A stretch of 64,000 nucleotides of DNA from Candidatus Obscuribacteraceae bacterium (GCA_044226015.1 JBGAHS010000008.1:32001-96000); one strand, 5' to 3'. Positions 27,757 to 38,425 are shown, numbered from the stretch's first letter. Notes: generated by a model not told the origin, from the sequence alone. A program made the numbers and translations.

Positions 27757-28251
27757 TTGAGCGTGGGCAAAAAGAAGAAGGATTTCAAGCCTGTACCGGT
27801 AGGTGCAGATGCAACTCCAACGATCAACGAATTCAAGCGTTCGCGCTGGAAGCACTTCACCCGCTGGCTTGTTTTCGGTTTTGCTGTGTTCCTCTATATT
27901 TCACTCATGTACATGACTTTCAGCGCCCATGTCCTGCATGGGCAGGGCTTCTCCCTTAAAGAAGTTGTCGTCTACATTATGTGTTCGATTCTGATGGTCC
28001 CCATTCTGCCGTCCGTAGTCCTGGAAGTGGACTCCGTCAAAACGGACGAAGACACAATCACATTCAACAATTTGCTGTTCCGCAAAAAAGAGAAATGGGA
28101 AAACCTGATCAGTTTCTCCAATCCTATATATCTGAAGTTCGCAATTGTGAAATCCAAGAGCTTTTTCTACCTGCTTAATCGACGCGACCTACCGAATTTT
28201 GAAATGCTTGTTGAAAGAATTCGGATGAAGACAGATAAGCTCATCGAATAG
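27757..28251 (+). CDS. small membrane protein (2 TM plus soluble C-terminal domain)
   Basis: Two hydrophobic helices; co-oriented with the downstream gene. Confidence 0.6.
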   Translation: MSVGKKKKDFKPVPVGADATPTINEFKRSRWKHFTRWLVFGFAVFLYISLMYMTFSAHVLHGQGFSLKEVVVYIMCSILMVPILPSVVLEVDSVKTDEDTITFNNLLFRKKEKWENLISFSNPIYLKFAIVKSKSFFYLLNRRDLPNFEMLVERIRMKTDKLIE

Positions 28252-28293
28252 CCGATATACTTTGACACGGCAACGGCAAACAGGACTGGAACC

Positions 28294-28722
28294 ATGTCAA
28301 AAGGAAAAATTAGAGTTCTCATCGGAAAACCCGGCTTAGACGGACACGACAGAGGCGCGAAGATAATCGCCCGTGCACTTAGGGATGCCGGCATGGAAGT
28401 CGTCTACACTGGTTTGCACCGTTCGCCCGAAGAAATCGTCGAAACAGCCATTCAGGAAGACGTTGATGCCATAGGCCTGAGCATTCTTTCCGGTGCTCAT
28501 ATGACACTTTTCCCCCGAATCGTGAACCTGCTCAAGGAACAAGGCGCAGAGGATATTCTGCTGTTTGGCGGCGGCATCATTCCAGACGAAGATAGGGAAG
28601 AATTGCTTAAACAAGGCGTAGCGGAAATTTTCGTCCCTGGCGGCGCGACCCAGAGAACAATTGAGTTTCTGAAGGAAAAGTTCGCCGCCAAGCAGGCGAA
28701 GGAAGAAGTCAGCGCGAGCTAA
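28294..28722 (+). CDS. methylmalonyl-CoA mutase cobalamin-binding subunit
   Basis: [20 protein letters not shown] and GGIIP. Confidence 0.92.
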   Translation: MSKGKIRVLIGKPGLDGHDRGAKIIARALRDAGMEVVYTGLHRSPEEIVETAIQEDVDAIGLSILSGAHMTLFPRIVNLLKEQGAEDILLFGGGIIPDEDREELLKQGVAEIFVPGGATQRTIEFLKEKFAAKQAKEEVSAS

Positions 28723-28917
28723 AACCTCGTATGGCAAGCCTTTAGAGATTGTTAAGCGGTCTAAAAAGGGGAGGCTTTTCCAATTGATATATTGGAAGAG
28801 TCGCCAGATAATGGGTATAAAGGTGTAGAGCACTTTGGATAAAATCTTGGCAGCTTATATTAAATTTGCCTAGCAACCCCTTGAAATGCGTGTTATACTC
28901 CTTGAACTAGCTGAGAA

Positions 28918-29145
28918 GTGGAGACCACATCCGTGAGCCAACAATCCAAGAAAAAGGTTCATAAATTTGAAGACAAAGCGCTAGAAGCGCTCGGTTTTCT
29001 AGCTAAAGCTTGGACTGCTGAAATTAAGGAATGGCTGACATGTTCGCCAGCTGAAGCTCGTTCGCTCAGCGAAGAGTCTGGAGCATCGACTTTGGCGCGC
29101 ATTGCCTTGCTTGATGAAGCTGCTGCTATTTACGACACTGTCTAA
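28918..29145 (+). CDS. small hypothetical protein, possible antitoxin
   Basis: 75-aa ORF with extended -10 TGtTATACT at 28891-28899 and a terminator behind it. Confidence 0.55.
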   Translation: METTSVSQQSKKKVHKFEDKALEALGFLAKAWTAEIKEWLTCSPAEARSLSEESGASTLARIALLDEAAAIYDTV

Positions 29146-29168
29146 GAAAGTAGACATTCATTTTATTG

Positions 29169-29200
29169 AAGGACTCTGAATTTATCAGGGTCTTTTTTGT
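29169..29200 (+). terminator. intrinsic terminator
   Basis: AAGGACTCTGA-ATTTA-TCAGGGTCTT followed by TTTTGTTT. Confidence 0.7.
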
Positions 29201-29254
29201 TTACTGCTAAAATGGCAATGGCAGTGAGCCGTACCTTGTTTACTAGTTTCCCGC

Positions 29255-29869
29255 ATGTCATCAAAGCAACCAGCCTACAGGAAAGGCGACGTAGTCTTAG
29301 TCGCATTCCCCTACACGACTGATGACGGACAGACTCAAACCAAACGACGCCCAGCCGTAATTATCTCGAACGACTATAACAACGTCAGGTTAGATGACGT
29401 GTTATTGGTGCCTCTTACTAGCAACGTCACCCGCGCGCAACGCGAGCCAACACAGGTAGTCGTTGAAATGGCCACTCCCGAAGGAAAAGCAGGAGGCATC
29501 AGATTGGACAGCGTAATCGACTGTACAGTTATTGCCACCATCCCAAAAACACTGCTGGTCAATAAAATCGGCGCATTTCCAAATGAAGTAATGGAGCGCG
29601 TGGATATGTGCTTGATGATCGCGCTTTCGATTGGTCGACCAGTGCAGGAAGATCGCCCCGACCGCCCTGAAGATGGCTTTACTGACAAAGAAGAGCTTGA
29701 CCCAGCGGCACCAATTCCAGCAGAAGAGACAAGTGAATCGGCGGCGGCGGCAAAGTCCACCGAAACGGTCGTGGACAAATTCGCAAAGTTCGATAAAGTC
29801 AAATCAGATAAGCCGAACGATGAAAAGGATGGCGATAGCCCTCCCAAACGCATCTTTCGAAGAACCTGA
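29255..29869 (+). CDS. PemK/MazF-family endoribonuclease with ~77-aa charged C-terminal extension
   Basis: GDVVLVAFPYT...KRRPAVIISN...VPLTSN...DSVI...IG. Confidence 0.85.
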   Translation: MSSKQPAYRKGDVVLVAFPYTTDDGQTQTKRRPAVIISNDYNNVRLDDVLLVPLTSNVTRAQREPTQVVVEMATPEGKAGGIRLDSVIDCTVIATIPKTLLVNKIGAFPNEVMERVDMCLMIALSIGRPVQEDRPDRPEDGFTDKEELDPAAPIPAEETSESAAAAKSTETVVDKFAKFDKVKSDKPNDEKDGDSPPKRIFRRT

Positions 29870-29881
29870 AGAGCAGCATCG

Positions 29882-30442
29882 CTAGTCATCTACCGGTATG
29901 AACGGGGTGCTTGCGACCATTCTGTCCACAACCTTCGTCAGGTCCTCCGCGCTTACGCGAGGTTCAGACTTGAACACACTAAGCAAGCCAGGTTCAGGCA
30001 TCAATGAATCGTATTGCTGAATTAGATGATGAGACAGTGTGGCATCAATCTGTTGAGCGACATCAGGGTTGCACACGCCTTCCCGCTTAAATAGTGGGTT
30101 CGGTGCTGCAAGCCCATTGCGGCTCAGTTCGCCCTTAACATCGGCACCGTAGGCAATTGAGAGATTCGGCAATAAATGCTGATCGCGCAATTCCAAATTG
30201 TCCTGCAGAGAATGCCACCAGCTAGCCGTTTCTGTAGAAGTATGTTTGCAAGCAAAATTCTTGTACTCGTCTTGAAGTTGCTGGTAAGCCTTATCAATTC
30301 CGCCAGTATGTCCGTAATCAGAATAGGTCAGGTCTGAGATTCGGTAGCCCGCATTGAATGCTTCTTGCTGGAATGGATGTTTTGCTTCGTCAGCGTTTTT
30401 TGCTCCGTCAGCCTTTGCAGCGCCGTGTTCTAAATGTCCCAT
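29882..30442 (-). CDS. hypothetical protein
   Basis: 186-aa ORF with SD GGAGG; no recognised motif. Confidence 0.65.
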   Translation of the reverse strand: MGHLEHGAAKADGAKNADEAKHPFQQEAFNAGYRISDLTYSDYGHTGGIDKAYQQLQDEYKNFACKHTSTETASWWHSLQDNLELRDQHLLPNLSIAYGADVKGELSRNGLAAPNPLFKREGVCNPDVAQQIDATLSHHLIQQYDSLMPEPGLLSVFKSEPRVSAEDLTKVVDRMVASTPFIPVDD

Positions 30443-30547
30443 TAACCTGCCTCCATTACTGTATGAAGCAAGATTACAGATCAGGGTGTGAGAAGATTGT
30501 GAGTCTAGACCTGCACAAAAGTACAGTAATGGATTAAGGGCGAAACA

Positions 30548-31000
30548 CTACGAAAAATACGACATGTCCCTTGCGGAGGCAAAAAACCAGTTGATTGTTC
30601 TGGGGGCTGCAAATCCCAGTACAAGAAATGCGATTGCCCAAAAAATGAGCTTCAAGTCGAGCAACGAATGAGTCCCTAGTATTTTGTGTGCTTTCGAAAC
30701 GTGAACTATTGCTTTAGTAAATAGGGAAACACTGATTACCAAAAACAGTATTTCGCATCCATTAGCTATCAACGTCATAACTCTATCTTGTTCCTCAAAT
30801 CGCCTGGCTCTTGCCTCTGCATAGATCTTCATTTGCTGCTCTGTAGCATTAGACGAATTGCTTTTATCTGTGCGCGCTTTTTCACCGAGTTCTTGAGCAG
30901 TAACCGATGCCGGTAGAGCCAGACCCGACACACCAGATACGGTGCCTGCCACTGGAAGATTCTTAGTTTTCCCTGCGATTGATCTCACAAATTTCTTCAC
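30548..31000 (-). CDS. hypothetical membrane protein
   Basis: Two C-terminal TM helices ending APRTINWFFASARD; GGGAGA upstream. Confidence 0.6.
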   Translation of the reverse strand: MKKFVRSIAGKTKNLPVAGTVSGVSGLALPASVTAQELGEKARTDKSNSSNATEQQMKIYAEARARRFEEQDRVMTLIANGCEILFLVISVSLFTKAIVHVSKAHKILGTHSLLDLKLIFWAIAFLVLGFAAPRTINWFFASARDMSYFS

Positions 31001-31013
31001 TCTCTGATCTCCC

Positions 31014-32198
31014 TCAAGTGCTTAGAGCTGTTCTTGTTTTGGGATCTCTTATCCGCCAGATCAGCGCATCCGCCAAGAAGTGATGCAGCGATGCAAAACA
31101 AAGCGCAGCAACTGCAGCTTTTGTGACGGGTATTCCAAAATGAGCAAGCCCTGTGGGTAAGGCCAGATATATGAGTAGTCCCAAAACTATCGTCTGTCCC
31201 CAGAATGAAGCGCTCCTAAAAATCGAATCCACGAGCCGCCCAGCCTTCACCGATTGTCGATCTGTATTCTTCAGATGAACCGAACCGGAAACGATAAGGT
31301 ACTGACTGGCATGGAAAAATGAAGAAGAAAACACGACAGCTAGCCCAAGCACAGGTCCCAACGTCAAAAGCACGAGCGTGCTAAACGCCAACGCCAACAC
31401 TGCAATTGGAACTCGTCGTTTATCATTTCGCAGCAAGCGATAAGAGATTAGCGCAAATGCGAAAATGGTGGCAGCCCATGCACACGCAGCCATAATCTGC
31501 CCTGCTGACTCAGGGAACAATAGCAAGGATGGTACTTTTACTCCCATCAGTTCTGTAACCGCCTTATCAGAAAAATTGCGCAGCAAACTCGTTATTGCCA
31601 TTAGAGTAAAGGCAACTTTAATTGCGACAGTTTCGCTACGGTTTGGAAGGATTTTCGCCCGCGAAAAATACATCAAGCAAATTCCATAAGACTGAGCAGT
31701 TATGTGCTGCGGCACCAGGGAGAGATAGACCTTGAGGCATATAAGGAATACCAGCGGATACAAAAGGCTGAGAACAAAGAAAAAGCCAAGAACAAGTGGC
31801 GACCACAACCACAATATTCTGTGCTTGTCGCGAAGTTCCTTCTCATTACAAATGCGCAAAACTGTTGCGGCATTATGAGGGTCGAGAAAAAAAATGGCAC
31901 CAATCTGGGTGAGAATCATGAACAAAGGAGCTGTTTTGCTGGAGAACAACACAGGGTTGGCCATTGCGAATGCAACGAGAATCCACAACATGCCACCACA
32001 AACAAATAACAAGTCTATAGCTGGGTTCACGATCCACAATTTCGATGACACCGTCGAAGCGGGCTGAGGTCCGGGTTCGGCGGAATCCGATGGTCCTTCA
32101 TGCAAGCCCGAACTGAGTAGCGAAACAGAAGAAGGGCTTTTGTCCGCACTGTAACACTCAGAGTTAATGGTTTGAGTAACTCTCTTCATTGATAGCAT
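31014..32198 (-). CDS. multi-pass membrane protein with conserved His motifs
   Basis: About 8 TM; PHNAAT, QHITAQSYG, FHASQYL and HHFLADALIWR. Confidence 0.75.
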   Translation of the reverse strand: MLSMKRVTQTINSECYSADKSPSSVSLLSSGLHEGPSDSAEPGPQPASTVSSKLWIVNPAIDLLFVCGGMLWILVAFAMANPVLFSSKTAPLFMILTQIGAIFFLDPHNAATVLRICNEKELRDKHRILWLWSPLVLGFFFVLSLLYPLVFLICLKVYLSLVPQHITAQSYGICLMYFSRAKILPNRSETVAIKVAFTLMAITSLLRNFSDKAVTELMGVKVPSLLLFPESAGQIMAACAWAATIFAFALISYRLLRNDKRRVPIAVLALAFSTLVLLTLGPVLGLAVVFSSSFFHASQYLIVSGSVHLKNTDRQSVKAGRLVDSIFRSASFWGQTIVLGLLIYLALPTGLAHFGIPVTKAAVAALCFASLHHFLADALIWRIRDPKTRTALST

Positions 32199-32303
32199 AA
32201 GTAGGAATCACGAAATCGGCTGTAGTAATGATTTCAGCGTAAACTGCTTTTGAGCAAATTCCTATTGCCCTGAAGTCACTCTTGCACATGGCAAAAGTCA
32301 TTC

Positions 32304-33125
32304 CTAATGAGCGGATTCAAAAAGAATGACAGGCGTGTGCAAATCTGCGTCTAATTTTTCATTAGCACGCCCCTGGCTAACTGCTATTTCCAAATAGCCA
32401 TGACTGCCAACAAATGCGACAGGCATACCAGTTTCTCCTGAGGAGTAAGTATTAGTAATTCGTCCGATGGCTTTCTTTCCAACCTGGCAAAGAGCAGCGT
32501 TTTTGACAAGTTCTTTGCCAATATTGCTAATCAAATTTCCGAAACGATCGACATAGACAACGGAACCTTCAACACGATTGTTCTTGACCTTCACTTCCGG
32601 AAGAGGCAATCTGACCAAATCTGCAGGATCAATCTTCGAACCTAAATCTGCAAGTGCAACACCGTTTGCAAAATGTGAGGCAACCGGTGCAAACAAATCA
32701 CGCGCATGGAATGTAGTTGAAATTTCATCGCGCCAGTATCTATCAACGTTTAGTTCATAGGCTTGCAACTCTTGCTCAGAAGAGAGACGCAAAATATCAG
32801 AAAACAATCCGTTATCAGGTCCGATGAAATATTGATTGTGAGCCGCGATGGCAATTGCTCTGCGCTTTGAACCAACACCAGGGTCCACAACAGCTAAATG
32901 AATCGTCCCTGACGGAAAATAGCGAAAAGCGTTCGCGATTATCCACGAGCCAGCTGAGATGTTCCATGGTGGCACATCATGACTCAAGTCAATTAGTTCG
33001 GCAGCCTCGCAGATACCGGCGATTACACCTTTGACGATACCGACATATCCATCACTAGTTCCAAAATCAGTTGTAAGCGTGATGATCGACTTCTTCTTAG
33101 TCAAGTTCAACTCCGCTCTAAACAA
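32304..33125 (-). CDS. SAM hydroxide adenosyltransferase / chlorinase-fluorinase family (DUF62)
   Basis: ITLTTDFG, VVDPGVGS.R, GPDNG, TFHARD, DRFGN and GSHGYLEIA. Confidence 0.92.
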   Translation of the reverse strand: MFRAELNLTKKKSIITLTTDFGTSDGYVGIVKGVIAGICEAAELIDLSHDVPPWNISAGSWIIANAFRYFPSGTIHLAVVDPGVGSKRRAIAIAAHNQYFIGPDNGLFSDILRLSSEQELQAYELNVDRYWRDEISTTFHARDLFAPVASHFANGVALADLGSKIDPADLVRLPLPEVKVKNNRVEGSVVYVDRFGNLISNIGKELVKNAALCQVGKKAIGRITNTYSSGETGMPVAFVGSHGYLEIAVSQGRANEKLDADLHTPVILFESAH

Positions 33126-33127
33126 GT

Positions 33128-33748
33128 CTATGCGTCAAAATCTGGAAATGGGCTTCGTGTTCCAAAAAGAAAGACCTGTTCTGGTGCATCGAGCGCCTCA
33201 TGCAACTCAGCAACACTCTTACCTAGAGTAGGATGCATGAACTCTGGTGCAATTTCCAGCAGCGGAACCAGCGCATAAGCACGTTTCGTCAACCCAGGAT
33301 GCGGAATCATCAAATCTGGCAACTTCACCCGCTTGTCACCATAGAAAAGAATATCGAGATCAATGATACGAGCTTTCTTAATTTCACCATCTGAGCACTG
33401 TGTAAGTATCTCCGGTCCATCCACTCCAATCATTGCAGCAAGGCGTCGTTCGATTTCTTTGCACACTTTCATAAGTTCGCGCGGTGGCAAACATGTTTCG
33501 ATAGCAGCAACTGCATTGACAAACCACTCTTCATATTCTGTGCCAACAGGCTCTGTTTCATAAATGCTTGAGCATTCCACGACTTCAATATCAGGATAGT
33601 CCTTCAAAAGCTGCATCGCTTGCTGAACATAGCCAAGTCGATCGCCTTCATTAGAGCCGAGCCCGATGAACGCACGAACCCAGTTATCACCTTTTTCTGG
33701 TTTGTCTATTTGCTCTTCTTCTGACACGTTGTGCCTTGCCTTATGCAT
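33128..33748 (-). CDS. folK: 2-amino-4-hydroxy-6-hydroxymethyldihydropteridine diphosphokinase
   Basis: IGLGSN.GDR, SSIYETEP, RIIDLDIL and IPHP...RAYALVPL. Confidence 0.92.
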   Translation of the reverse strand: MHKARHNVSEEEQIDKPEKGDNWVRAFIGLGSNEGDRLGYVQQAMQLLKDYPDIEVVECSSIYETEPVGTEYEEWFVNAVAAIETCLPPRELMKVCKEIERRLAAMIGVDGPEILTQCSDGEIKKARIIDLDILFYGDKRVKLPDLMIPHPGLTKRAYALVPLLEIAPEFMHPTLGKSVAELHEALDAPEQVFLFGTRSPFPDFDA

Positions 33749-33994
33749 TGACGAGACTAAGCTTCCTCGGTCTCATCGAAACTGAATAGACCCAGATTAT
33801 AGCGGCTCGCAATTATTTTTTCTGCGGAAAGCAAGAATTCAAGCGATAAAATGGACTAAGACCGATGTCAATGCCCTGACAGGACGTAAGCAATAGACTC
33901 TGTACATCCTCTAGAAAACCGGCTGAGGCATTTCTCGCGAGACAACAGAAGTCACTGTTTAATGGTTACCGAGCCTATAATTCTGGCAAGCACG

Positions 33995-34696
33995 CTAATT
34001 CAGAATTGCATCCATCACAGCTGCAGTGTCAGCAAGAGAGTCAAAAAGGAAATCAGGGTTCAGCTCAGACAAAGTTTCCTTGCTCGTCTTGCCGGTTGCA
34101 GTGATAATGCATTTCACACCATACCCTTTGGCGCACAATACATCGTTAACCGCATCACCGATGATTACAATCTCGCTGCGATCAAATTCCTTACCAAATA
34201 CATCCTTTGCGCGCTTATGAGCAAATAGTGGCAAATCCATACGATTTGCTGAGTCCGAACCAAACGCGCCGAACACAAAATAGTCGTTGAGGGAATGCGG
34301 CTTAAGCTTGAGTCGGGCACCGGCTTCAATGTTTCCCGTGAGCAATCCTAGATAGCACTCAGGATGAGCCTCCAACTCTTTTATCAAATCCACAACGCCG
34401 TTGTGCAGACCGATTCTGTTTGTTCCTTCAATTTCATTTTCCAACAATTCAAGATAGACCTTGAACGTAAGCGGCAGCTTCTCATCTATCTCTTCTTTGC
34501 TGTAGCCATGCTTAGCAAGAAGTTCATAACAAATTTGCGGGTCGGTCTTTCCCGACATGTTATGCTGCGATGCATCAACAGAGTCATCAAAGACCTGACG
34601 CAAAGCAGCTTGAATAGCTCTGCGACCAACTCCGTCAGAGAATATGATTGTCTCGTCGATATCGAACAAGACGAGTCGTCTGTTAACTGGCACCAT
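33995..34696 (-). CDS. HAD-superfamily hydrolase
   Basis: LFDIDET, GKTD, LLTGN, GAFGSD and IIGDAVND. Confidence 0.9.
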   Translation of the reverse strand: MVPVNRRLVLFDIDETIIFSDGVGRRAIQAALRQVFDDSVDASQHNMSGKTDPQICYELLAKHGYSKEEIDEKLPLTFKVYLELLENEIEGTNRIGLHNGVVDLIKELEAHPECYLGLLTGNIEAGARLKLKPHSLNDYFVFGAFGSDSANRMDLPLFAHKRAKDVFGKEFDRSEIVIIGDAVNDVLCAKGYGVKCIITATGKTSKETLSELNPDFLFDSLADTAAVMDAILN

Positions 34697-34705
34697 ATGT
34701 GAGAG

Positions 34706-37513
34706 TCATACTTCCGCTTTAGATGCTGCTGCTATCAGCGAAACTGCAGCGTTCGGGGTTTCAGCTTCCTGAGTGATGGGTTCAATTGCAATATCTTCAA
34801 TCGGTGAAACATGAACTGGTTCTGGGTCGTTCCAGACACAGACTCGGTTGCGTCCGCCACGTTTTGCAACGTACAGCGCTTTGTCAGCCTTATCAATCAA
34901 CTCTGACGGTGTTTCTGCATGCACCGGGTAGAAGGCAGCACCTATGGATGTAGAGATATTACCCAGACCAGGAACAGGATTGCGATTGATGTTCTGACGC
35001 AGACGTTCTGCGATGAGCAAGGCTTCGCTCAATGGAGTTTCTGGAAGAATTACGGCGAATTCTTCACCACCATATCGAGCTGCAATGTCACCAGAACGCA
35101 GCAAATTCTTCAATACTGTTGCGACTTGTCTGATTGCAGCGTCACCGATTGGGTGGCCCATGGTGTCATTGATCAGCTTGAGTTTGTCGAGATCAAGCAT
35201 GAGCAAAGAGCATGGAGAACCTTTTCTGTGAGCGCGTTTGAATTCTTCGGCAAGCTTGTTCTTGAAGTAAACATGGTTGTATAGACCAGTCAAACCATCT
35301 GTGATAGCTTGATGTTTGACTTGTGCAAATAGCTCTGCGTGTGAAATAGCGACTGCGAGCTGGTCAGCAATTGCGCCAGCTAGTCGGATTTCACCCGAAT
35401 GCCATTCACGTTCGACTCGGCATTGATGCATGATCAAAACACCAAGTAAACGTTCGTTCTGTAACAGCGGTGCTGCGATTAACGAACGCGAACCAATTTT
35501 GCGCAAGAATTCTTTGTATGCGTAAGTGCGGTGATCGATTTCTACATCAACGATTGCTGAAATCGGAATTTCGCCCGTGTTCTCGTCAGAGAAATCACGC
35601 AGTTTCATCAAATCAATTCCGAGCAAATTGTTCAAGTCGAATGTATCAGAGTTCGGGTCGAAGTCGAGGTGAGAATCATAAAGACTCAAACCTTTACTCG
35701 ATGACATGTCGTCCGCATGAAACTCATGAGTTACAACTAGCGGTCCTTCAGCACGAGGCATTGCGATTTGACAGTAGTCGAGTCCAAGAGCCTTGCCGAG
35801 TTCGCCAGTGACAGTGCTCAAAATGGTATCAGTGTCCAGCGACGCTCTGATAGAACGAACTATATTATTGATGAGGAATTCTTGTTCAGCCATCGTCTTG
35901 GTCTTAGTGAACAAGTTCGCATGCTCCATTGCCAGAGCGACGTGGTTTGCTACAGCTTCGACCAATTCAAGTTCAAGATCGAACCAGGCACGGCGAACAT
36001 CACATTGTTGAACGAGAATCATACCGACAGCACGATCAGCAAACACAATTGGACAAGCAATCAAAGATTTGATGGAACGCCAATCTTCAGGTGAAGACTC
36101 TTCCCTTTCCACTAGCGGAGTGAATGAATGGGCATCCATCACATCGAGAGAGAGAATGGCTTTTTGTTCCAAAATCAACTTCAGCATACTGTTCTCTGTG
36201 ATTAGCACAGAGCAATTACTCAATGGTGTGCCGCCTTTTGTTGGATCCCACCATACATAGTTGAATTCCAATTCACTGCCTACCAGACTGCCACGATTTG
36301 AGCCAAAGAGTGCCAAACAGCAGCGACTGCTGGACAGAGCCTGTCCAAGTTCGGTCACGGTTGTATTCAAAATCTGGTCGAGGTCTAACGACTGCCTGAT
36401 TGAGTCAGCCACTTTTTCAACCATCTGTTTATAGTCGCGATTCAACTCAAGGTTAATCGCCATTTGATTGAACGCGCGAGCCAACAAACCGAGTTCGCCA
36501 CCCTGCTTGATGGTGACTCTCTTGCTAAGATCGCCCCGACCTATCGCAACGGCTTCGCGAACAAGTTCATTAATAGGACCTGTGAAATAACCTGTAACTT
36601 TGTACGCCAACGCAGAGGAAACACCAATTGCCATAAGTGCTGAGAACAGCATCATCAACAATCGATCATGTGCAGATCCATATATGGTGGCAGATGGAAT
36701 TCCTGCGACAACAATCCATTGTGTCTCTGGAACACGATCAAACGCATAGGTGCGCAAGGTCGGGTCAGCTATGCCTACAGCCTCGAACACACCTCGTGTC
36801 TTTTGCGAAGCATGCTCAACTGACTTAGCATGGGTAAAGTCTTTTCCCATCCACTGGTCTGGATCGATTGTTCTTGTGAGAACCTTTTTGTTCTGGTCAA
36901 TTACGGCAATAACAGCGCTTCGGTCTTGTCCTAAGCCACTGAACAGACGCAGAATGGCTGAGGGACTTACACTTGCCACAAGCACGGTATCAACCTGGTT
37001 GTTCTTCATTATTGGTACGCCGAACAAAATTGATGGCTTACCGGTGAAAGGGCAGTTTTGGTAACCAGACACACCGGTGTCGGCTTCATCAACAATGTTC
37101 TTGAAGAACTCCAGCTTGCGAAGTTTCTCTTCAGCTCGGGCAGCCACTGGAGCGCTCGAATTTAGAATTTTGCCGTTGCGGTCGACTTGAATTACCGCAT
37201 TCCAGTCACGCTGAGTTAGAGCCGTGTTTTCGAGTATTCTGCGATTGTCTGGATTTCGCCTATCCTGAATATCGGGAATCAAACTGAGAGACTGCAGTTC
37301 AATCTCTTGTGTCGCAATCCACTGGGAAAGACTTCTAGCCGCTATTTTGTCCTGGAAAGCCACGGTGGTCTTAGCTGCGGCAGCTAGCCCCTGGTATTCC
37401 TTCCAGATAATGAGTGCACAGATGCAGAGCAGTGGAATTGAGACAGCAGTGCAAACAAGCAGAATTCTGCTTCTGATGTTCATTTCACTGATACGAGGTT
37501 TTAGAAAAGACAT
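34706..37513 (-). CDS. membrane diguanylate cyclase (Cache-HAMP-GAF-GAF-GGDEF)
   Basis: Two TM around a sensor domain; HAMP ELGLLARAFNQM; two cyanobacterial-type GAFs; TDGLTGLYN; RSGD I-site; RYGGEEF. Confidence 0.92.
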   Translation of the reverse strand: MSFLKPRISEMNIRSRILLVCTAVSIPLLCICALIIWKEYQGLAAAAKTTVAFQDKIAARSLSQWIATQEIELQSLSLIPDIQDRRNPDNRRILENTALTQRDWNAVIQVDRNGKILNSSAPVAARAEEKLRKLEFFKNIVDEADTGVSGYQNCPFTGKPSILFGVPIMKNNQVDTVLVASVSPSAILRLFSGLGQDRSAVIAVIDQNKKVLTRTIDPDQWMGKDFTHAKSVEHASQKTRGVFEAVGIADPTLRTYAFDRVPETQWIVVAGIPSATIYGSAHDRLLMMLFSALMAIGVSSALAYKVTGYFTGPINELVREAVAIGRGDLSKRVTIKQGGELGLLARAFNQMAINLELNRDYKQMVEKVADSIRQSLDLDQILNTTVTELGQALSSSRCCLALFGSNRGSLVGSELEFNYVWWDPTKGGTPLSNCSVLITENSMLKLILEQKAILSLDVMDAHSFTPLVEREESSPEDWRSIKSLIACPIVFADRAVGMILVQQCDVRRAWFDLELELVEAVANHVALAMEHANLFTKTKTMAEQEFLINNIVRSIRASLDTDTILSTVTGELGKALGLDYCQIAMPRAEGPLVVTHEFHADDMSSSKGLSLYDSHLDFDPNSDTFDLNNLLGIDLMKLRDFSDENTGEIPISAIVDVEIDHRTYAYKEFLRKIGSRSLIAAPLLQNERLLGVLIMHQCRVEREWHSGEIRLAGAIADQLAVAISHAELFAQVKHQAITDGLTGLYNHVYFKNKLAEEFKRAHRKGSPCSLLMLDLDKLKLINDTMGHPIGDAAIRQVATVLKNLLRSGDIAARYGGEEFAVILPETPLSEALLIAERLRQNINRNPVPGLGNISTSIGAAFYPVHAETPSELIDKADKALYVAKRGGRNRVCVWNDPEPVHVSPIEDIAIEPITQEAETPNAAVSLIAAASKAEV

Positions 37514-37836
37514 TGTTCCTTACACCTAATCGGCTTTGCCCGGTTCTCTTTCAAGCTATCAACCACATAGCCATTTTCGCCTTGCCCTGCTAGCAAAATT
37601 ATAAGTACTTTGGGGGAGAAGCCAAGGGGCTGAGTGTCAAATCGTGGTGATCCTGCCATGGTTAGAGAATTAATAATGCTTAAGCTGAACTGGACCGAAA
37701 TATCCAGTGTACCTACACTTCCTCGCAACTCTGAAAGGAGTTGTTTTTGGTTTAGATTGTGCGAAACAATTCGTCTCCGAACCTTTTCAAGTTCAGTTTG
37801 GCTATTCCTAAAACTAATTTGGGCATTTAACATTAA

Positions 37837-38403
37837 GTGGGGGGATTCGGGAAACTGGTGGCTGATAACTTACTAAAGTCGGCAATTGCGAGTCGAAGGC
37901 AAACTGTCTTCGGAACGTCGGTTTTGATGGCAGGTTTTTCAATAGCCATTCTCTGCTTCTGCCATCTGATTTTTGTTCAAACCACACCCGAATCACTATT
38001 CTCAAGCCAGCAACAAGAAAGTATGTTTTTTGATTTGTTTGGTTTTATCAGTGCGTCCTGGCTGCTTTGCTGGGTTTCGACCCTGAATTCATGGAATATC
38101 GCCTCAAAGCTGGGACAGTGGATCGGGCTTATTTGCTTGTGTGTAGACCAGGGAAACCTGATCGGCATCTGGAGAGCAGTAATAGAGTCAGGCTCATTTA
38201 CGCGAGGACTCTGGCTCGCACCAATGTTTTTGCAAGTTTATCTGATCGGTTCATTTTTTGGATTTTTTACTCTTCCCGGATTGACGCGAGACGGAAATCG
38301 CACCCTCACTGGACTCGGAACGCTGGCGCTGCTGCTGCCCTGGCTTATTGCGCGGAACGAAATCGTTGAAGGGTTGCAGCGATTGCAGGGATTATTCTGT
38401 TAG
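37837..38403 (+). CDS. hypothetical membrane protein
   Basis: Several hydrophobic helices; start uncertain. Confidence 0.55.
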   Translation: MGGFGKLVADNLLKSAIASRRQTVFGTSVLMAGFSIAILCFCHLIFVQTTPESLFSSQQQESMFFDLFGFISASWLLCWVSTLNSWNIASKLGQWIGLICLCVDQGNLIGIWRAVIESGSFTRGLWLAPMFLQVYLIGSFFGFFTLPGLTRDGNRTLTGLGTLALLLPWLIARNEIVEGLQRLQGLFC

Positions 38404-38425
38404 CGATCGCAGGGATTGCTCGCGA

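Noticed and set aside
28294..28722. lone B12-binding mutase subunit as a novel system
   Set aside because: Split methylmalonyl-CoA mutases with unlinked subunits are common; no cobalamin riboswitch was recognised nearby.
32304..33125. halogenase of a natural-product cluster
   Set aside because: Housekeeping context (folK, HAD) and no biosynthetic genes; DUF62 SAM hydrolase is the default interpretation.
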